A stretch of DNA of 64,000 nt. Origin: Perna viridis. Taxonomy: Eukaryota. The translations under genes and the position numbers were made by a program. The stretch covers positions 27,528,001-27,592,000 of the forward strand of contig CM074516.1 of the NCBI GenBank assembly GCA_037379345.1, in the 5' to 3' direction. Positions 1 through 12,137 of this stretch are shown here, in pieces. The notes under the pieces are model-generated. The model saw nothing but the letters and a program-made list of their open reading frames with translations. It did not search any database and was not told where the DNA came from. The first letter of the stretch is position 1. Every line of letters begins with the position of its first letter.

Positions 1-647
1 TTGAAATCTATGTGCATAATATTTGTACATTTTAGATTTTAAATGCATCACTTGTTGATCAAATGATTTCAATGCATGATTTTTGACTTTGTTTGCTTTG
101 TGGTTTCTTGTTGTTTCTTTCAGTTTTATGGCGAAAAAAGAGGAATGTGTAAGATATCTACGATTATTTTGACAACAAGCCTTACATGCAAGGGAAGAAA
201 ATTACAGAATGAGGATTAAATAAATGGATTTGTATCAAACTATTTAAATATGAGAAAAAATAATATATAATGTTATAGTATAAATTTTTAAGTATGTAAG
301 GGACTAAGTGGTTCTAAATTTTATTTTGATTTCATATACTTTCATGAAATTTGTATAACACATATGTCAGAGGAAATTGCTGTCTAGTGTTTATGTGACT
401 TTTGAATATAAGAATGGCTACTTTGTGAGGTGTTAGAAGCCATTCATATGAGTATTGTAACATTCAGACATTGATTCAGGGGCCCATGTGTGCTCAAATC
501 GCCTTTTTCAATTTAGTAGACTGTAAGAACATGTGTGTGTTCTATCTGCTATTAAGTAAAGTTTTGTTGAAATTATTTTCACTCATGGTTATTGTTGTTA
601 GTGTAGCTCAAAGACATATATATATATATATATATATACACCATTGC

Positions 648-924
648 TAGTGTTGGGGAATCGGAAATATTTCATAATCGATCATCGGAAATATTCGGAA
701 GATCACAATCGATTATTAATCAATTATAAAATTGGACAGTACTTTTTATGGAAATGATTGAATTTAATTAAAAAATTAACATAGTTTTTAGCAATTTTTG
801 CATAAAAAATTAAAAATCCCTAAATTTGCTTATTTTCTGATTAATCGATTATTGATTTTATAATGGATTAGTAACATCTGCAGCCCATTTCGATTAGATC
901 TTCCGATTAATCGTTACATCACTA
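648..924. mobile_element. hAT-type MITE
   Basis: Termini TAGTG...CACTA; perfect 8-bp TSD ACCATTGC at 640-647 and 925-932; internal AATCGAT/AATCGG subterminal repeats. Confidence 0.85.
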
Positions 925-1046
925 ACCATTGCATTGAATTTACATGAATAGTGATCAGGAACATCCCTTCTCTCAAACACCAAATTTCTAGTTTTGACTA
1001 ATTATTTAAAGTATTTTGCTCATAAGCCATTTTTCATATTTTACAG

Positions 1047-2218
1047 GGGAGCGTCCAAGGTTAAAACCTGATGCTGTTCCTTCTATTTTCAATTTTCAAC
1101 CCAAAGTGGAAGAAGAAAGTCCAAGATGCAAACGCATTAGGCGTAGGAAGGAGTTGAGGGAAGAGAATGATACCTTTCCAGATATCACTGATGTGCAGTC
1201 CTGTGTCACGGTGGGAGACACTAGTAGTAGTGCAGTATCAGATACATATAGTACACCATATTTGGCTGAACCAATATATTCAACAAAAGGAACCCAATGT
1301 GACACTAGTATGAATGCCATTCTTTCTATTGAAATCTTTGTTAATAATCCCAAAATGGTTAATTATTACACCGGTTTTAGGGATTATTCACAGTTTATGT
1401 TCTTTTTTTATTGTCTAGGACCAAGTGTGAATGAGTTAAATGGTCAATGTACCCTGTTAGATCCAAAAGAACAATTATTTATGGTACTTATGAAATTAAG
1501 GCGTGCTAAAGAGGATATAGAACTAGCTATGTTCTTTGACGTATCAGAATCTACTGTCTCTAGAACCATCACAACTTGGATCAACTTTATGTATTTTCAG
1601 TTAAAGGAATTAAATATTTGGCCATCTAAAGAAATTGTCGATCTATATATGCCTTTAGATTTTTCAAAAAAGTTTCCCAACACTAGAGTTATATTAGATG
1701 CAACTGAAGTGCCATTACAGAAGCCATCAGAAGTAAATGCCCAAAGTATTACTTGGTCTTCATATAAACATAAAAATACACTAAAAACTATGGTAGGCAT
1801 AACACCTAGAGGATGTGTCAGTTATATTTCAGACTCTTATGGAGGTTCTGCCAGTGATAGACAGATTATTGAGAATTCTGAATTGCTGAAGCCCACAAAT
1901 AGCATGTTCAAGAAGGGAGACAGTATCATGGCAGACAGGGGCATAATGGTGCAAGATCTTTTTGCGGCCCAAGATGTACAGGTCAACACACCAACTATGT
2001 TAAAAGGCAAGTCACAGCTTGACCAGGAGGAGATTATTCATGATAGGAGAGTGGCCTCAAAAAGAATACATGTGGAAAGAGTGATTGGTCTAAACAAGGG
2101 TTATAGGATTCTAACCAACACGCTACCTATTAGCAAGTTACCATATGGATCTAGAATTGTATATGTATGCCTTGCTATATGTAATTTTAGAAACAGTATT
2201 GTTGACAAATATGCATGA
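1047..2218 (+). CDS. Last exon of a THAP-HTH-DDE (DDE_Tnp_4, ISL2EU/Harbinger-like) transposase
   Basis: Acceptor ttttacag|G at 1046/1047. THAP C-terminal motif RPRLKPDAVPSIF; HTH region QLFMVLMKLR..LAMFFDVSESTVSR; catalytic motifs ILDATE, MADRG and RIHVERVIG; YGGSASD motif. Frame is open to TGA at 2216-2218. Upstream THAP exon(s) were not found and probably lie left of the window. Confidence 0.92.
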
Positions 2219-2642
2219 GGTCATATAAAAAAAAATGTTTGTGTTTCTGGTCTCCCTACCTACCATAGTTTTTTGTTCCAACCCTAGCCTTTTTATTGTA
2301 GTTTTAGCTTATGTACTATTAAAATCAAGGTAAAAAAATCTGTCAAAGACACAAAGACTTGGATTTTGTTAAACAGGACGTAGAAGTCTGACAGACCTGA
2401 ATATGGGTCTCACCATAAGGGATACCCACCTGAGGCTGCATGCAAAATTTCAGAAGCCTATGATCAGTAGTTTCTGAGAAATCTGTTGAATTTTTTTTCC
2501 CAACCCGCCCATCATTCACCATACTACATGTATAATCTATTTTTACACCTTGAAATTCAGGTAAAGAAAAAAATAATAATCTATCTACCTATCCTATTTT
2601 TACAAACCACGTAACCAGAAACACACATTTTTATATCTGGCC
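2219..2642. mobile_element. Harbinger-like MITE directly after the transposase stop codon
   Basis: Imperfect TIRs GGTCATATAAAAA..TGTGTTTCTGG and CCAGAAACACAC..TTTTTATATCTGGCC, flanked by TGA (2216-2218) and TAA (2643-2645). Confidence 0.6.
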
Positions 2643-2829
2643 TAAAGTTGAATTTTCAATTGTCAGTAAGTTTATCCACTGTTTATTGTAAACATGAATA
2701 CTCATAAACTATTTGTTTAACTAAGGAACGATCTCTATTTTTGAACATGTTTTAAACAGGCTTGACATAATATGGTGTTTCCGGTAGCATTGTACACAAT
2801 TGTTAAAGTTTTTTCTCCAGTTGGTTTAC

Positions 2830-3302
2830 CATAAAGAACTTGGATTAGGTCAATGATATATGATATGTAGATACATTAGGATATAAATATATTTCATTTT
2901 AGGGCCGTTTTGAATGTAGACCCTCACATCCATAGTATGTTGACTTTCAGATTTTGCATCATGTTCAACCTTTAAGGTTTTTTTCCTTCTGTGTGTTTAT
3001 CATCAAGAACTTGTGCTAGGTCAATGATATTTGCTAAAAAGATACCTTAGGATATAAATACTTTACTTTTGGCCACGTTTTTATTGTAAGCCCTTGCAGT
3101 CACTGTCTGGTGACGTTGACATTTTTCATGATATTCAACGTTAAATTTTTTTTACTATCTAGTAATTGTGCTAGGTAAATGGTACATGGTAAGATGATAT
3201 TGCTTTCTTATTTTTGGTTTGTTTCATTGTATGCACTTTCAGTCAAGGTTTGTTGACTTTGACAATGTCCCACACACCGCAAGGGGAGACAGCTCTATGG
3301 TT
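2830..3302. repeat. Degenerate ~170-bp tandem units, probably a Helentron/HINE-like internal satellite
   Basis: Unit beginning AAGAACTTG..TAGGTCAATGATAT recurs at ~2834 and ~3005, and more weakly at ~3165. Confidence 0.5.
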
Positions 3303-5499
3303 TAACAGTTAATTCAACTTCAGTACATGTCTAAGTCCTTTATTTTTTGACAAACTAACAAAAGTTAATCTAAATTTATTTTTATATGATTATCATTGTA
3401 ATTGTTCATTGACAATGTATGCATGTACCTAAATCTGTGTTGCAATGATTACAAAGAGTTTGCCACAAAGGGTTTGAAGTGCTTTGTGTAAAATAGTTCT
3501 AGTTTTGGTATTAGGGACCCAATGCAATATTCTGCATCTAAATCAATTCTCTGCACAAATAAGTCTTTGAATGTGTAGACAACAAAATAGCAAGAGGTCT
3601 TTTCACATATAAATAGTTGGCCTTGAATTTGATAGTAATAATTGCTGGTTGGTTTCAGAACAATGTTACCATTTTTGTCATATGTAAGAAAGTTAAAATT
3701 CTTCCCAGGCTGTACATTACCATCCCGACCAGAATACGGGCATTTGATTTCCACCAATGCGTCTTCACCAACTAGAGCATCAGGTGAAGCACCAAGAAAA
3801 GGCTTAGATTTACAAACAAAGAATCCACACTTTCTGGTTTTAACATCCAATTTGTTTTCAAAACACTTGATGGCCTTCCCTTCGTAGTTTTTGCCATGTG
3901 CTATAGCACTATTATATAACTTTGATTTTCCCTGTAGAAGGCTCTTGCAAAGTTTATTTATATTTCGTCTAGGTGTTATTTTGCATATCTCCCCAAATCG
4001 AGATGCTGTTAACCTCCAGGCCTCTCTGTTCATACCAGCTTTTTGAAGCACTCTGGGTTCTTGTTGACTTTTCAATTATTTTGATGTCATCTTCGTTAAC
4101 CTAAAATGTAGAAAATGATTAAAACATAACTGTAGTATATCTTATCCCCTTTCAGCTCTAAATTTACAGTATGGTTAATAATAGCATTTTTTTACATTTT
4201 TGCTTTGGGAATTTTTTACCGTTGGCGATAGAGAAAATCTTCTGCTTGAAGAAATGATCAGTATGTTGAGATCTACCAGCATGCAAATGTTCAAGAAAAT
4301 CAGTCTACCGATGTCAGAGTTATTGCCCTTAAATTACGATTTTTTGCAAATTTGCTGTTTCAACGGCCTTATTCTGGAAAAAAAAAGATATAATTAGTAA
4401 GTATAAATTGAACCTGGATGCAAATTTTCATAAAAACTGTTGAATTTTGTTAAAGTTATGACCCTATTTTAAGTATTTTTGACAACTTTTGCTGTTTACA
4501 ATGCATTATACGTGTAGTAACCAGTGATTAGGATTACAAAATTTCAAATGTCCCATTAAAATTTAGAAAATATACCTGATTCGCTGTATCAATCCAGTGC
4601 TCTGTGAATGGCATCTCTGTATAGGCATGATCAATGGCAGCAGTCTGTATAAGTGATAACATTATCATTGTATTTTATGCATATATTAAGTGTTAAAAGT
4701 CAGTAAGAGTTTATTTGTAGCAGATAATGCATAATATGCAATGCAAAAATTAAGATGACACACCAAAAAACCAAATATTTTTTATAATTATTAGACATTA
4801 AAGATTGTGCTAAAACAGCTAATTATGATATTTTATTTAGCTTATAATAATTAAATTTACAGAGATGATTCAGTATTTAAGTTATCGGAAAATGTTCTAT
4901 TAAAACTTTTTAAGCATTTTAAATGTTGCATTTTGACCAAATTGATTTACTTTTGTACTAAAAAAAATCAAAATCAAAGTTATTTCAGTATTTACTAAAA
5001 ACATGTTTTAAGTATTTACTTGAATATCAGCCTTGTCTATCAAATATCGAAATGACAAATCTTCCGATGTTGTAGAACAATAATTGATTATCTGATTCCG
5101 AACAAAGTCAGGATATCCTGGCATGTTTCTGTACTTTGCTGGTCGAGGATCTTCTAAGGAATCTTCTGACTTTTTTCTTTTCGTAGGAATATCTTGAGCC
5201 TTTACAGGAACTCCTACATATTTTAAAATATATTGACATGTAGGTCACAGATTTTAATTAGACAAAGTAAGACAAAATCTTGATTCAAAGGTCAATGGTT
5301 ATATTTAAATAATTTAATTTGGTTTAAAATAAGTGATTTGGTTGGCTGATCACTAGAAAAGAAACACAGTTTATACAGTTTATAACTAATGTAACTCGTA
5401 AATTGCTTTCATCCCTCCATCTTGTTCTGAGAAAATAGTCCACATTTTTACACTAACAAAACATGTTACAAAATAATTTTAAAGAATGAAATTAAATTA

Positions 5500-5654
5500 T
5501 AAGGAATGTATATAATTTGAACAGATTATACAGATATAACCTGGTTAGGGAAAGTTTATGCATAACATAGACCGCTTCTAGTTCTACTCTGTGTAAACTG
5601 TCCCAAACCAAGTTATACTGGTATAATCTGTTCAAATATTAAATACATTCCTTA
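5500..5654. mobile_element. Fold-back (palindromic) MITE
   Basis: TAAGGAATGTAT..TTTGAACAGATTATAC pairs with GTATAATCTGTTCAAA..ATACATTCCTTA; nearly the whole element forms a hairpin. Confidence 0.7.
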
Positions 5655-5704
5655 AATAAACTCCTTTTTATGTGCACCTGCCCACACAAATATGTGGCCA
5701 ATAC

Positions 5705-5908
5705 CAGAGATGCAGATTATTGTTTTCTGTCAGACATTGGGTCCTTAAATTTGCAGGACCTAAAAAAATTTGCCAGACCTTTCAACATGTATAATTCTAA
5801 CTTTTCTAAAACTTTGCCAGACTGAGGTCCTGTACAACAGTTTCACTTGCCGAACCTGCTGAAATTTTGCCATTTGTCTGACAGGTCTGACGATTAGCTG
5901 CATCTCTG
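5705..5908. mobile_element. MITE with CAGAGATGCAG TIRs
   Basis: 11-bp perfect TIR; CAATAC duplicated at 5699-5704 and 5909-5914. Confidence 0.75.
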
Positions 5909-8619
5909 CAATACATATTGGGTAATCATTATCTGGTAAGATTCTCAGTTAAGATCCATATCTGGGATACTAGAAAGGTGGAATGGTCTTGTAAGAGGAG
6001 GGCACACTTCTTTACAAGTTGAATCACCTTGCACCTTGACCTACATTTTCTGATTCAGAGACTTTAAGTTCCCAGTTAAGGTTCATATCTGGGATTCTAG
6101 ACATATTATAGCACTCTTACTTCACATACATGTACCAGTGTGCCATCCATTAATGTCTCATAGACACAATTTTAGTTTTTAGTTTTGAAATGAAAATACC
6201 TTGATAAATAGATTTAGGCTGGTGGAAAGTTTGCAGATTCTCGGTGCAAGACTTGCTGATCCTTATATTGCCTGTCTCTATAAACTCCTCCACCATCATG
6301 AGCACTGCAGCAAGATGCTTGCAGGTCCCATGAGGTCCTTTCCCTCCAGCACACTCACAATGTGTGTTGATAGGATCATCTGTCTTTTTATCTAATTTCA
6401 GTTTGTAGTTGTATGAAGCCTAAAACATTCATTAAACTTCCATAAATCATAAGGTGTAAAATTTAACCCCTTTACAGACATGCATCTGTATTTTTATCAA
6501 ACCCATATTCAATACTCACATACCAAGTTTCTGTTTTACAAAATGTATATGACATTTGAATTTGTCTAGACTCCCAAGGCCCTGTACACTAAAATAATGA
6601 TAACTGTTTGATTTTATTGATACAAGTTACAAGTATGTGAATTAACTTTAAATAAGACTAAAAATAAAAAAAGGAATATTTCATGATTTATAAGATATTT
6701 TTTTATCTGCCAGGCCTTGTGAGTTTCGTCCCTTTTAAATTGACTTTTTACTCTAAAATCAATGCATAATAATTTTGGAATGAAGTTGTGTGACTGGGAC
6801 TCATCAGTAGACATTCACACATCTTTCAGTGAGAGATTACCTTGTTCCTGTATCTAGCACCGACAATTCCTGTAAAAAAAACATTGTCATCTTTCATAAG
6901 TATGGATGCTGCTTGTACCCGATTTCCAAGAAACATGCTCTTCCCATTCTCTAAAGCTTTAATATCTCCATTGAACTGATTATCACCTAAAAAGAGATAT
7001 GAAATATCAACATAGATATCAATTTCTTGTCATGAAATATCAACATAATTTTAAATAAATGAGAAACTGTTGGAATAAAGACATGTATCATGAGTCAATA
7101 AGCAGCCCTAAAAATATGTTCATGTATATTAATGGGGGAAAAAGAATATGGAGTGGATGTACATGTGACAAAAGAAATTTGGAAAAATCTGTTTTATCAG
7201 TGACAGGGCTTGTATTCCTGTCTACATCTTGATGTCGCCTGAGATCAGTGGAATGAAAATATAAAATCAAGAATCTTCTTGACACAAAGTTGCACTATAA
7301 TTTGCTGATATATGCAATAAGTTTAAAAATAAATATGTAGGACAAAAGGCATTTTACAGATTGATTTTTAGCCATTTGAAGTACATCAATAAAACAACAA
7401 TGCAAGTTCTAGAGCCGATGTCTTTTTATATGCACAATAAGTTGATAAAGCCACCGTCAAATAGTGGTGGATATAAATCTGATATGGACACATGCTATTC
7501 TATAAATAAAGTACTTTCTGATTTGTTGAGAGGTTAACCTGCTATTCTATAAATAAAGTACTGTCTGATTTGTTCAGAGGTTAACTTTGGCAAAAGAACT
7601 TTGTGATTTGTCTGTAATTGTTGGTATCCGGTAAGTGGCCAATCAACAGAAAGTGGTGTCAGTACATTTTGAAGAGAGGGTTTCTGAAGTCTTCATTTCT
7701 GTCATAGCTTTCAAGTCTGAAATGAATGAATGAATTGAAACTGCATCATATTTGTTTTTCTATTGTGTCTAAAAAACTTTATTTTATTTAAAATGAATTC
7801 CATTTTATTACAAAAAAATATTACTTATAAGGTCCAAGACCTTACTCCTAGCACTCCATTGTGCTAATCAATGTGTAGTTTCTTTTATTGAAAGGAACAT
7901 GTCGTATAAAAGAGGGGGTCAAGGAATGTCCCATTAACAGCACAACAGTTAAATCATTTTTAATACCAATAACAGATAAGATATAAAATTCAAAACTAGT
8001 GATAACACTTAAAATGTTTAGTCAATAACAGCTTAAACACAGGGTCAATAACAGCTATATTTACCCCAGTAATACAATATAAACAGTTAATACCCTTGCC
8101 CCCTCATATGATAAAAATATACGACATATACTATAAGTTTTCTTTAGGGGTCCCATAACCTATGACATCACTATTACACACCTAACCCTAACCGTCAATG
8201 GTGTGGGAACCTTAAAGTAAATGAAGGCCAAAATACTGTAGATTTAACAGATGGGGGATTATTTATGAACGAGGTAGGTGTTGTTCGTAAGTATAATATT
8301 TCCAATAAATTAATATGTTTCTTATGTTTAGAAAGTTATCGCCTATATCGCCAAAGTGGTCATTGTTTGGTAAATTATTTGCCCGGAATGATGTTATCAA
8401 CATTATCAATGTGATGCACTTGAAAAATGAAGGTCAAAAAAGGGGTGTCTTTCATTTGTGAAAACCAAGAATTTTGCCATTGGAAAGAGAAAATATTTAG
8501 ATGTCACATAAATTCGAAGTTACCTCTCAATCAAGTCTGCCTTCTTCCCCCGTACTATTGCTCCCTTCGCCGACAACGCATCTTTCAAACGGTCGACTGT
8601 CCAGGTCAAGTAGCGACTA

Positions 8620-9252
8620 TACTCGGCGTCACATAAATAACATACTGTTAAAATTTGAATAAAAATATTTTCTACGACTTTATTGACACCAACCGTCGTT
8701 TAAATTGTCTTAAATGACTTGCTCATTCGTTTAGCCAAACAGCTTCTCAAAAACAAGTCGCTTATTAGCTTAAATCATGCGTAACAAATCCTTACGGGAA
8801 AATCCCATACTAATATCCGCCATGTTGGTTTTTACGGGACGATTTGTTTACAAACGAAGTGCGTAAGTTCCCGTCGAACTCCGGTGACAATCGTCTGCTT
8901 GATCAACTTCTCGGTATTATACGTTGTTCGCGTAAAATAAATCCGAGATATCCGAAATAACGCCGAATTGCATTCTGGGTTCTTCGGTTTTTGGACAAAC
9001 CATTTTAACGTAAACAACATCTCCTAGCAACCCGATCACTGTAAACATGGCCGACTTTTTACAATGTAAATATTGCCACCTAGAATTAAAATCTGACCGG
9101 AATTTAACGATTCAATGTTTAGGGAGAAGCCGTTTGGCTAAACGAATGAGCAAGTCATTTAAGACAATTTAAACGACGGTAGGTGTCAATAAAGTCGTAG
9201 AAAATATTTTTATTCAAATTTTAACAGTATGTTATTTATGTGACGCCGACTA
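8620..9252. mobile_element. 633-bp non-autonomous DNA transposon with ~129-bp TIRs and TA TSD
   Basis: 8620-8748 is the near-perfect reverse complement of 9124-9252. TA at 8618-8619 and 9253-9254. Removing the element plus one TA restores ATG GCA ACT AGT CGC TAC of the SAP exon. Confidence 0.9.
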
Positions 9253-9425
9253 TAGTTGCCATTGTTTTCATTGACAACAGCCCGGATGTAAAAATCATCA
9301 CTGAAAGTACCGAAGCGCAACCTGGTGTAAATAACGTGAATGCAAGCCATTAGTATTAGGTGTCGACTAAGAATGTTTACTATACAAAGTAGTTATATGA
9401 CAAACTAAGCAAAATTATGCTGAAA

Positions 9426-9770
9426 GAGTAATCAGGGGAACCAAGATTTGAGCGAAAATTAAACAAAAATATATTCCAAGCTAGACAAGGAAAGCGGGCA
9501 TACAACATAGAACATGAAATAACCAAAGTAACACGTACAAAAAACAGAAGTTCATGAGCAACCCGGACTCCAATACAAAACGGGAAATGGACTGGTGCAG
9601 TAAGCGTCTCCTGCTTTTATATAGAAACACTGACCAAGTTGCTCATAAAATGTCACATCCGGGGTAGACAAAAGAGAAAAGGAAACAAATCGGTTTTCAT
9701 GGTGCAGATGGATACATCATAACGAAGCACGAGTTTGATCACGATGTCATAATTGTCAAAATATGATTGC
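9426..9770 (-). mobile_element. Penelope-like element 3' fragment (degenerate)
   Basis: Reverse-complement similarity to ~13880-14229. Confidence 0.75.
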
Positions 9771-10784
9771 TTTCAAACTTTCTTTTCAAATAACAACCTG
9801 GTGATCATTTATTTTTAAAACTATCACATTATGACATTTTCCAAGATACCAAACCCATTAATTTACAGCACGAGAACGCGTTCTGCTTAGTCTTAACGGC
9901 GAATAGGGAGGTGCCATGAGGATCAGGGTTGTATGGTATAAATTTGAGGACCATTTTGTCATTGTACACCAGAAATCATGCCATGCGTCGCTTGATAACT
10001 TCTTTCAAACATCAAAAACAGATGTCTCTAGAAAAAGATTTATCTTTCGATAAATATGTGAAAGCTAAAGTTCACAAAAATTCAAATTGATGTTCAATAT
10101 ATATTGATTCATAATTTACGAGCACTACTAGATTTAATATCAGTTCTAAATACAATTTATATTAGAAGCGAAAAATCTGTTATACACTACACGAATGAAC
10201 TCTCACCAGCAGTATTAGAACTAAATACACAGGAAGGTCTATACCCAAGAATAAATTGTATATAGAAATAGTCAAAACTGAAATACTAAATTAGAAAGCC
10301 ACATCTAGTACCATTTCTGTGCATTTATATAATATGAATATCACTTGTAAATAACAGTATATGTAAGAATAATGCAAATTCAATGATATGTGATACATCC
10401 CCAAAAAAGGCTACTTATTTCTTATGTTTGTTGTTGTTACGTCGCTTTATAGATCTTTATGGTGATTTGTATTATCATTCATTCCGATCTGTCTGCTCTT
10501 AGGAGATATCCATATGGAAAATCCCATAGTTTTTATTGCATTTTAGTATCATTTACAGAGTTGTCTTCGCTAATTTTGAATTCTACAGTTCATTCTATAT
10601 TATTTTTATCTCTAATGAACACAAGTTATGTGAAAAGCCACATGTTTCTTCCTGTTTATTATGACATTTAAAACGAAATATAAACAAAATATAAAAATAT
10701 GTAGGCTTTCCAACCGTAAATCACATTTTGCATGATTCTTATGTTGAGTGCTGCTTTAATTGTTTGTGTTGTTCGTTAACAAAT

Positions 10785-11570
10785 ATGAGCGTACAACCTC
10801 AACCACCTTCCCCCAAGTAATCCATAAACATGGTGGGTATGGTCAACAACTACTAACGACAGTCGTAATGAACCAACCAGCTGCAATGGGAAACCATCTT
10901 ACAATTGGCAATATTCATGGAACAAGGCAGTAGACGTCTGCAAAGTTTGACTGCTTTTCGTATATTGGATCTTGTATGCTTTAGAACCTATTAAGCATCN
11001 NNNNNNNNNNNNNNNNNNNNNNNNNNNNNNNNNNNNNNNNNNNNNNNNNNNNNNNNNNNNNNNNNNNNNNNNNNNNNNNNNNNNNNNNNNNNNNNNNNNN
11101 NNNNNNNNNNNNNNNNNNNNNNNNNNNNNNNNNNNNNNNNNNNNNNNNNNNNTTTACATATTCATTTTAATTTTTATAATTTAAATCTTAAATATCTGAT
11201 TCGTTGTCGACCACCGGGCAAAGCGAATGTCCTTGGGTAGTACCGGGCAAAGCGAATGTCCCTGGGTAGTACCTTTCTAATTGCTCCTTTATGTCAGCAT
11301 TTTTGCAAAAATTAACACTTTCCAATATAAAGGGAGTACCGTCGCCAAATCGTAGTCTATGTCTATTTGAATGACAGTTGGATTAACATACATTATCTGT
11401 TATTGAAACAAACTTGATGTTTATACATATATACACTTCTGTAACAGGTGCATACGGGTGGTTCTGTTACTGTTGTACGCTGACCTAGATAGCATCGAGA
11501 ATAGGAGAATCTCCCTATACAACTACTTGTCATATAGCATCGAATATGTGGCTACTCGTAAACACTAAGG
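10785..11570 (+). pseudogene. PLAC8/cornifelin-like pseudogene (exons 1-2)
   Basis: Exon 1 10785-10973 (..IGNIHGTRQ*TSAKFDCFS, TAG at 10931, plus an early frameshift). Exon 2 from 11448 (AYGWFCYCCTLT*IASRIGES). Same splice phases as the gene at 24435. Exon 3 not found. Confidence 0.85.
11000..11152. other. Assembly gap (N run)
   Basis: 153 N bases. Confidence 0.99.
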
Positions 11571-11754
11571 TTATATGCACTGTACTAAACATTGAGATAC
11601 AAAATGCAATTCTTTTGACTTTCTCTGGTATGAATCATTGGTTTAAAGTACTTCTTCTCTACCATATTTTTTAGATCTTACTTTCTAAGGTGTTTGTATC
11701 TTAAGATGCTGTTATATGGTCCTCTTTGAAACACGTGTACTGCATACCGTAAGT

Positions 11755-12137
11755 TCCAAATAGGCTTCTGGAACAGGGTTATGTTTCTCCAAGTCATCAC
11801 TACGGAAGTTTTATAGTCGTCAACATGGTCTCGTGGATCGTTATGATGTATCCTTCTGTTCCATGAAAACTGATTTATTCAACGTGTCATAGTTTTCATT
11901 TCGTAGTGTGTCTAGAAAACCAGAGGACGCTTACCCAACCGGTACACCCGATTGATGTTCCTGTTTTTTTAGTGGAGCCGGGGTTGCTCATTTAATTTCA
12001 TTTCTTAGTACATGTTACTGTTGTTGTTTTAAGAACTTTGTTGTGTGTTTTTTGTCTGTTTACCCTGTCTAGACTGTATCTAAGTAAAATATAATATTTT
12101 GATTTTTGCTCGAATCTTGCTTCTCCGGGTTACGTTT
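11755..12137 (+). mobile_element. Penelope-like element 3' fragment
   Basis: Similar to ~13805-14229 with internal deletions. Confidence 0.8.

Larger units (their letters stand above)
3449..9262 (-). pseudogene. Spliced SAP + SWIM zinc finger + YqaJ/lambda-exonuclease gene (ISL2EU second ORF), disrupted
   Basis: Phase-compatible GT-AG exons: 9262-9255 plus 8619-8524 (MATSRYLTWTVDRLKDALSAKGA..GKKADLIER, SAP), 7716-7539, 6986-6841, 6419-6200 (THCECAGGKGPHGTCKH, SWIM), 5213-5020, 4644-4576 and 4100-3449 (WYEQR-AWRLTASRFG, GASPD, EIKCP, YYYQIQGQL, YqaJ). 1-nt frameshifts near 8555, 7680 and 4022. MITE inserted in exon 1. Confidence 0.88.
1..9348. mobile_element. ISL2EU/IS4EU-type DNA transposon, right part; left end outside window
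   Basis: A THAP-DDE transposase paired with a YqaJ exonuclease is the established ISL2EU gene set. Candidate right terminus ...GTGAATGCAAGCC|AT at 9348, about 86 bp beyond the ORF2 ATG, fits an AT TSD. The partner TIR cannot be checked. Confidence 0.75.

Noticed and set aside
3449-4075. 208-aa stand-alone phage-like exonuclease suggesting horizontal transfer
   Set aside because: It is the last exon of a spliced transposon gene, and the ORF-track N-terminus is out of frame.
11213-11273. 29-bp direct repeat resembling a CRISPR repeat
   Set aside because: Two abutting copies with no spacer and no cas genes, in eukaryotic context near a gap.
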